Source: Lingula anatina
Lineage: Eukaryota; Animalia; Brachiopoda
DNA length: 64,000 nt
NCBI GenBank assembly: GCA_051362555.1
Contig: CM120643.1
Span: 22,510,848 to 22,574,847 of the forward strand
Direction: 5' to 3'
Position 1 is the first letter of the stretch. Each line of letters opens with the position of its first letter. A model generated the notes under the pieces. It ran no database searches, was not told the DNA's origin, and saw only the letters and a list, made by a program, of their open reading frames with translations. This document shows positions 61,823 to 64,000 of this stretch, one piece after another. The position numbers and the translations under genes were made by a program.

Positions 61823-64000
61823 CTTGAAACACAAATAATAAAAGAATAAAACCGTACCAAGATCCATTTCCGTTTCTACGTTGCATTTCTGATGAATATC
61901 ATCAAAGTGCGACGATCGAATTTCCACTGGGGAAGAATCCTGGAGTTGCTGTTTTTATGCACTTCATTAATTGCATGGAAATCTGCTGATGATAGCCCTT
62001 TGAGGAAAGGTGTATCCTGGTATGGAGACTCGGTCAAAGAGCGGGTATAATTTACCAAAATTGATCTAAAAACAATTTTTTCCAGTAAGGTTCAAGGTAG
62101 CAAAGGGGGAGGGGTGTTTTCGATGTCCGTTTTCCTAACTCTAACTAATGGGACAAATCCTTTGTGTTACAACAATCTCGAAGATTCAATTTTATTAGCA
62201 TGTTGAAATTAACATTACAATCAATATCGCACTTTAATGAATTATTTAGTAAAAGAAAAAAGAGTAAATTTTCCAGGAAAGGAAATAATTGATGATTTGA
62301 TGCTAAAATATACCCCACGTGCAAAACAACTAAAATAATTCTAGGGCGCAACGAGTCAAGGCTAATAATGCCACTATAAAGTCAGTGTATATCTTGTCCT
62401 TGTCTTGAATAAATGTGCTTATTAGCTTTATCTCTTGTACAGTTGTAATTATTAAGACTCAAATAATCGTTTTTGAGACTCCAGCAACTCCCATTGAACT
62501 TAAATTGACTTTGAACAGTGATTGCTGCCGCGACACATGTACATGAACCAGTAATATACCTTCATAATGATCAATATACAAAATTGGTACCGCTATAAAG
62601 CCATCTGGAATTTCGAAACCTCTTATGTATCTGTTTTACTGAGCAAAGACCATCTTTATTCAGCGTCAAATACCCATCTTCAGTTTTCTTATGTTATTCT
62701 GGTAAACCGCCATTAAAACAAACAATAACCATGCCAGTGTATAAGTACTTGTATTAGAATATAATTGATGTCTATGAACAGCAGATTTATATATAAATCG
62801 TCTTTAATGATAAATTTCTGGGATGTGTTTCCACTGTAAAAATTAATTTCATTGTGCCAGCGTGGGTCGTTGTAATTGTTTTCGTTGACAAACCTCTATA
62901 AGTTATTCAACGATTTTGTTTTACGCCACTTTTGTCTCACCGCTCCTCTGTTCAATATCAAATTAGTTAATTTATAATAAAGAGAAATTCGAAAAAGAAA
63001 AAATACATTACTATCTGTTTAAATACGATTTTATGAAAATTTCCCGAAGTCATATCTCTATGCCCACACATCATGCAAAGCTACTATTTTTTTCCAATTC
63101 AGACCTTAAAAGCTATACAACTCCTCAAATAAAAGTGCCTGGCGTCGATAGTTCCCTCTGAAATGTACTGGAAGGCATGGCATTCTAAATGACTGGTCAG
63201 TCATTACAACTAAATCATGAAATTACAGTGGCAGATTTGTCAGCGGGGTCCTGACCCCCCTTTTTGATTTCTCATAAAAAAAAAAAATACAAATAAAAAG
63301 GTCTAGTTGAATCACAGTTCTAAACCGTACCAAATGGCGCCATTTGCCCTCTAAAACACCAATTTTTTATCGGCGACCGCGAGCGTGTCCAGAACCTGAC
63401 GCTAAGGGGTGAGGGTCGGCCTCGCAATCCGAGACTTGTCAATCCCTAAAAAAAAAAAAAAAAAAAAAAAAAAAACTGGACCCCCCCTCCTTTAAAAAAT
63501 TCAGGATCCGCCCCTGAATTTCTTATTACACAAAATAATCGAATCCAAGCTCATGGGCGGGTCAAGCCATGATTTGCGAGTAGGAGGAATTGCTTTTATT
63601 ATCAAGGACAATTCATTTTGGTGGGTAATTCCCGTAAAGAGTACCTTTCAAAGCAATAAACATCGCTCGTTACGCGCCCCCCCCCCCCCTCCCCTCGGTT
63701 TAACACAAATTCAGCCTCAGGACAATTTTTCGCACGTTGTTTGATGCCCAGCGACGTGATAAGTTGTCACTACACCACCGACAGCCAGAACTAGCCTCCT
63801 TTTCATGACTGATAAAATGTCAAATGTCATAGATGCATAGGTCACAGAGCCTGAAATATAGTCCTTCTATTTCAATTAAAAATTATGAACTGAAATGCTT
63901 TTGAATGCGTGAATTTACTTCGTATCTTAATGATGTCCTCCACTGTTACTTAATTATTGTTGGCATAGATGAATTTTTCAGTGATTTATAAAAGGTACTT

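Noticed and set aside
62145-62351. ORF MRPRIILVVLHVGYILAS as the signal-peptide exon of the CEMIP-like gene
   Set aside because: It starts with TTG rather than ATG, and no convincing phase-1 donor was found. The first exon is probably outside the window.

Overview
AT-rich, intron-rich animal DNA, probably from a marine invertebrate (the taxon cannot be determined from sequence alone). Four protein-coding genes can be rebuilt by hand from GT-AG splice sites with consistent reading phase. (1) A 5'-incomplete + strand gene (7741-18393, 11 exons) encodes a CUB/EGF single-pass membrane protein with a ~1000-aa low-complexity cytoplasmic tail ending in ETWV. (2) A - strand gene (28956-21696) encodes a signal peptide, ~46 GTGGPP repeats in Gly-X-Y register, a short collagen segment, a Q/L/A-rich region and a C-terminal TM helix; it carries one extra base in a G9 run. 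(3) An intronless atypical rhodopsin-class GPCR lies at 36291-37415. (4) A 5'-incomplete 23-exon CEMIP/TMEM2-like G8-domain gene lies on the - strand at 61822-45584. Non-genic features include a truncated U2 snRNA copy flanked by 11-bp direct repeats, a decayed Tc1 element, a CACTA-ended element with 393-bp TIRs, a non-autonomous TIR element carrying a RecQ-helicase fragment, many nested MITEs, 54-bp and 43-bp minisatellites and a decayed local duplication. There are no prokaryotic systems or CRISPR arrays.
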